Positions 30,459 through 33,642 of a stretch of DNA of 33,642 bases are shown here, piece by piece; within the stretch, counting starts at the first letter, position 1; the number at the start of each line of letters is the position of its first letter. Under the pieces are notes generated by a model. The model searched no databases. It saw nothing but the letters and a program-made list of their open reading frames with translations, and was not told the origin of the DNA. Origin of the DNA: a virus (lineage: Duplodnaviria > Caudoviricetes); the IMG/VR virus record IMGVR_UViG_3300008110_000211, positions 1-33,642 of that record; one strand, given 5' to 3'. The translations under genes were made by a program, and so were the position numbers.

Positions 30459-30998
30459 CTAGTCCTCGCATGAATATACTTCTCTCTGCACGGTGAGAGA
30501 GGGCCAACCTATGTCTTTTGTGAAGCTCGTGTCTATGAACTTTACACGGTTTGTTGGTTGGATAGTTAAACGACCAAAGTCTGTACGCAAGAACATAAAC
30601 TCTTTGTCTTGCGTAGGCTCTGCCGTAAATCCATCGCCTACAGGTATAACCGTAAAAAGATAGGAGCATGGAAACTCCAGCTCCTTTATCCGTACTGCGG
30701 CTTGTAACCCCGTGAGGTAAGTGTACTCGTGGACCGAGAACTGCGAGCCGTAGCAGTTCCACATCTGCGCGTAAGACAAGTCCCACCTTTCAAGGTCTTC
30801 TTGCCACGTCAGCGCGTGCGGGGGTAGATTGCGAAACACGGCACCGCTCTCCAGCATAACCGTGCAGCCCCACGCTCTAGCCGGATGGGAGTGCAGCCCG
30901 AACCATATAGCTGGGATCACGCCCTCCAAACCAACAAACTCTCCAAGCACGTAGACGTACTGGTGTTTAGGTAACGACCCGGAGGCGGTGTAGAGCAT
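30459..30998 (-). CDS. Conserved phage hypothetical protein
   Basis: 179-aa ORF coupled to both neighbours. WFGLHSHPARAWGCTVMLESGAVFRNLPPHAL...GRLTIQPTNRV. Confidence 0.75.
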   Translation of the reverse strand: MLYTASGSLPKHQYVYVLGEFVGLEGVIPAIWFGLHSHPARAWGCTVMLESGAVFRNLPPHALTWQEDLERWDLSYAQMWNCYGSQFSVHEYTYLTGLQAAVRIKELEFPCSYLFTVIPVGDGFTAEPTQDKEFMFLRTDFGRLTIQPTNRVKFIDTSFTKDIGWPSLTVQREVYSCED

Positions 30999-31522
30999 CA
31001 GTCGTTTCCATATACGAAGCTATTGAATCCGGTCTGTTTGAACTTTTGCCTCGGGCGTTCCCCCGTGGGCTTAATCCATACCATAGGTTTATGATGTTCG
31101 CAGTATGGACGTTTGGGGCTAAGGCCGGGGTTACCACAGAAGGTATGTTGGTCGTTGTGTCTACCGATTGGAAAACGGCAGTCGGATAGTTTTTCTAGTT
31201 CGGTAATGTACAGCCCGGATTTACGAAGGCTTGATGTAACTACGACTGGAGTATCGACCCAATCGGTTGGCGTTTCGATGTTGAAACGCTTTGATAGGAT
31301 TGGACGTTTACGTCGTTTGTCAGACTTCTTGCGTTCTACCCGCTGCTTACGTGTAGGTTCAGACGGTTTGTTGTCCTCGAAATCTGGGAGTAGCCCTGCT
31401 ACTTTCATGCGATGCACCCTCCCGACGATGGAGTTTTTGGTGACGCCTAGTTTGTTCGCAATCTCGCTCCGCGACATACCGGCGTACAGCATCTTCTTTA
31501 TAAGCTCGTTAGCCCTGTCCAT
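30998..31522 (-). CDS. gcrA: GcrA-like cell cycle regulator
   Basis: N-terminal HTH GMSRSEIANKLGVTKNSIVGRVHRM and C-terminal CRFPIG...FCG...PYCEHH, both GcrA signatures. GAGGA RBS before ATG 31522. Confidence 0.88.
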   Translation of the reverse strand: MDRANELIKKMLYAGMSRSEIANKLGVTKNSIVGRVHRMKVAGLLPDFEDNKPSEPTRKQRVERKKSDKRRKRPILSKRFNIETPTDWVDTPVVVTSSLRKSGLYITELEKLSDCRFPIGRHNDQHTFCGNPGLSPKRPYCEHHKPMVWIKPTGERPRQKFKQTGFNSFVYGND

Positions 31523-33642
31523 TATCTTCCTCGAAAAATTCTTCTTCGTCGACCGCAGCAAACTCCGCCAGCGGCGTGCCCTTAGCTTGGAACTGCCACA
31601 CGTACTCTGTGCCGAGCGCGTACTCGGTGCCAGCCCCTAAGCGACCGGGGAATTTCGTAGCGGCGAACTCGCGCGCCATGGCCTGCGTAAACACGGTCGT
31701 CGACACATGCCGCTCTTCCAGCCACTCAGTCAGCTTGTCGGCACCGATGCGAATGACGTTGTCCTCGATGCCAACCTGCACGTACAACGCCTTGAGGCGG
31801 GAAGCGTCGCGCTTAACTTGAATGGAGCCGCGCGCGGGCTTGCCCTTACTCAGATGTACCTTGTTGGTATAGAGCGTGTTCTCCGCACGATGACGGTTCA
31901 AGAACTGCGTCAGGATGCTGGAGACATTGAGCTTCTTCGTCATGTCGACCGGCTGGGAAGCCTTGTCGTTACGTAGCTTGGTAACTGCTTGCGCGAAAAA
32001 TTCTTCCATCGCAGGGATGTCAATTTCTGTCAGCTCTAGCTCGTTGGCGTATTCTGCGCCGAGCAAGCAGCACGCTATCGCACCCGCCCAGTACCGCTCC
32101 TCCTGCGTCCACTCGAACTTCTTCGTGAGCCGCACGTCCAGCTCCCGAAGGTCGGCGTCGACACGTTCATGGTTCTCACCGAGGAACTCAGCATACTTGC
32201 GCCCCGCCCAGCCGAAGTTGTGTTTGAGTTTGGCGATGCTGGTCGTGAAGTGCTGGTCTTTCGTGATGTTGCCAGTCGGCGGAGGCACGACGAACTCGAA
32301 CACGCGCACCACGCCAGCCACAGTCGTGCGGTTGCCGCGCGTGACGTACTCGATCAGGCTGTCGTTAGAGGCGATGAGCATGAGCGTCTGCCAGTCACCG
32401 CTCTCCTTGATCTGCGCTTGCTGCGTCAGTCGGTTCTTCTCTCTACCGCTCGTGAGCTTGAAGACGGTGTTCACAAACCTGCGCGTGTCGTCCTCGCTCT
32501 TCAGCTCGTCCCAGAACATAGGCAGGTTTTTGAGCTGCCCCATCTTGTTCAGCACTGAGAGCTGCGTGTCGTCGAGAGACTGTACTGCCTTGTGCGGGTC
32601 GCCCCATACTGCTTGCGCCACAGAGATCGCGCTACTCTTGCCGATGCCGCTCTCAACAGAGTAGGCGGACAGCATGAAGCCGTTCTCGCCCGTGAACATC
32701 GTCAGCGGCCCTGCAAACGCACAGGCTAGAATAACGTCGAGCGCAGGGCGCTTCTGGTCCGTGATGAGCTTCGCGGCGTAGAGCCACGGGTCCGACATGC
32801 CAGATGGCTCGTAGTGGCGGGCAAGCACGGGATTGGGATTGGCGGCAGGGCGAGGCTCGCCCTTGGAGAATACCATGCCCGCGTAACTAAACCCTTCGAT
32901 GTTGCCGCCGTTCCTCGGAATAACCCAGCCGAACGGTGTCGACGTGACGATTGAATTTTCCTTCTCGCGGAGCTTGTCGACCCATCCCATGAGGAAGTCC
33001 TTCACTAACTTTTGGTTGCTCTCTTTGAGCGTCATGCCGAACAGAGCGACGTGCTTCGCGAACTCTGCCTTCGCATGGAGATGCTCGAACGGGATGCCGA
33101 CTTGCTCGCGCTTGCCCTTCTCAACCATCGTAGAAAAGTTGAGCACCCACGGGTTACGCTGCATCCAACCATTCGAGAACGGATAGTTGGAGATTACCTG
33201 CTTGGTAACCGATCCATCTTCGAGGGGGATCGACAAGTAGATGAGATCGTTGGCGTCTCGTGAGTAGCCCTGCGGCAGATCGTCGTCTGCTTTGGTGGTT
33301 TGATGGGTTTTAGGCGTGAAGTGCAGCGGGCTCTTGCCGTCGAAGCGGTGCGGGCACGCATTGCAGTCCATGTGTCCACTAGCGGAGATGGTGTTGCAGG
33401 ACGGCCAGCCCAGATTTTTCTTCTGTTTCTCTGCTTCCTTGCGGTCGAACAGCGCGTCAGTCGCCTCGGGATCGTAGCCGGAATGGCCCTTCGCCATCTC
33501 ATGCGCCATAACCCGCCCGTCTTCGGCGAATGTGGCGATGAACGTGGTTAGGTTCCACAGCGGGTTCGTGTAGGCAGCGCCGCCCGTATCGAGGGCTTCG
33601 CGTATGAAGGCGCACTCGGGCTTCAAGTCTGCGAGTTTAACC
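31509..33642 (-). CDS. DUF927-type primase-helicase (5'-truncated by the window edge)
   Basis: Walker A-like SGIGKSS followed by AQAVWGDP, Walker B PMFWDEL, GREKNRL, LMLIASN and NFGWAG motifs. Cys-rich primase C-terminal-like region; frame runs to the window edge. Confidence 0.85.
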   Translation of the reverse strand, partial: VKLADLKPECAFIREALDTGGAAYTNPLWNLTTFIATFAEDGRVMAHEMAKGHSGYDPEATDALFDRKEAEKQKKNLGWPSCNTISASGHMDCNACPHRFDGKSPLHFTPKTHQTTKADDDLPQGYSRDANDLIYLSIPLEDGSVTKQVISNYPFSNGWMQRNPWVLNFSTMVEKGKREQVGIPFEHLHAKAEFAKHVALFGMTLKESNQKLVKDFLMGWVDKLREKENSIVTSTPFGWVIPRNGGNIEGFSYAGMVFSKGEPRPAANPNPVLARHYEPSGMSDPWLYAAKLITDQKRPALDVILACAFAGPLTMFTGENGFMLSAYSVESGIGKSSAISVAQAVWGDPHKAVQSLDDTQLSVLNKMGQLKNLPMFWDELKSEDDTRRFVNTVFKLTSGREKNRLTQQAQIKESGDWQTLMLIASNDSLIEYVTRGNRTTVAGVVRVFEFVVPPPTGNITKDQHFTTSIAKLKHNFGWAGRKYAEFLGENHERVDADLRELDVRLTKKFEWTQEERYWAGAIACCLLGAEYANELELTEIDIPAMEEFFAQAVTKLRNDKASQPVDMTKKLNVSSILTQFLNRHRAENTLYTNKVHLSKGKPARGSIQVKRDASRLKALYVQVGIEDNVIRIGADKLTEWLEERHVSTTVFTQAMAREFAATKFPGRLGAGTEYALGTEYVWQFQAKGTPLAEFAAVDEEEFFEEDNGQG

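Overview
The window is one continuous segment of a tailed dsDNA phage genome with podovirus-like architecture (adaptor, nozzle, GNAT and ejection proteins; no tape measure, sheath or tube gene seen). The host is probably alphaproteobacterial, since the phage carries a GcrA homolog and a DnaA C-terminal-domain protein. The + strand (1-30235) is the late region. It holds the major capsid protein with a terminator, two adaptor-type genes (the second fused to a Gly-X-Thr collagen/BclA-like fibre), tail fibre modules, an AT-rich beta-propeller gene, a cupin and a GT2-TPR glycosyltransferase. These are followed by a lysis cassette, three small basic proteins, a nozzle gene split in two around SwmB-type repeats, a DUF1983 fibre, a GNAT, ejection proteins, a giant polyvalent protein and an HNH gene. 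The - strand (30168-33642) is the end of a replication/regulation operon (DUF927 primase-helicase, GcrA, hypothetical, DnaA-CTD). Most notable: (1) a candidate virion glycosylation system resembling the clostridial BclA/SgtA pair, (2) core tail proteins carrying adhesin cargo, including the split nozzle, (3) a T4-holin-like TM-GAF protein, and (4) cell-cycle regulator mimics. All family assignments come from motif recognition by eye; no searches were run.
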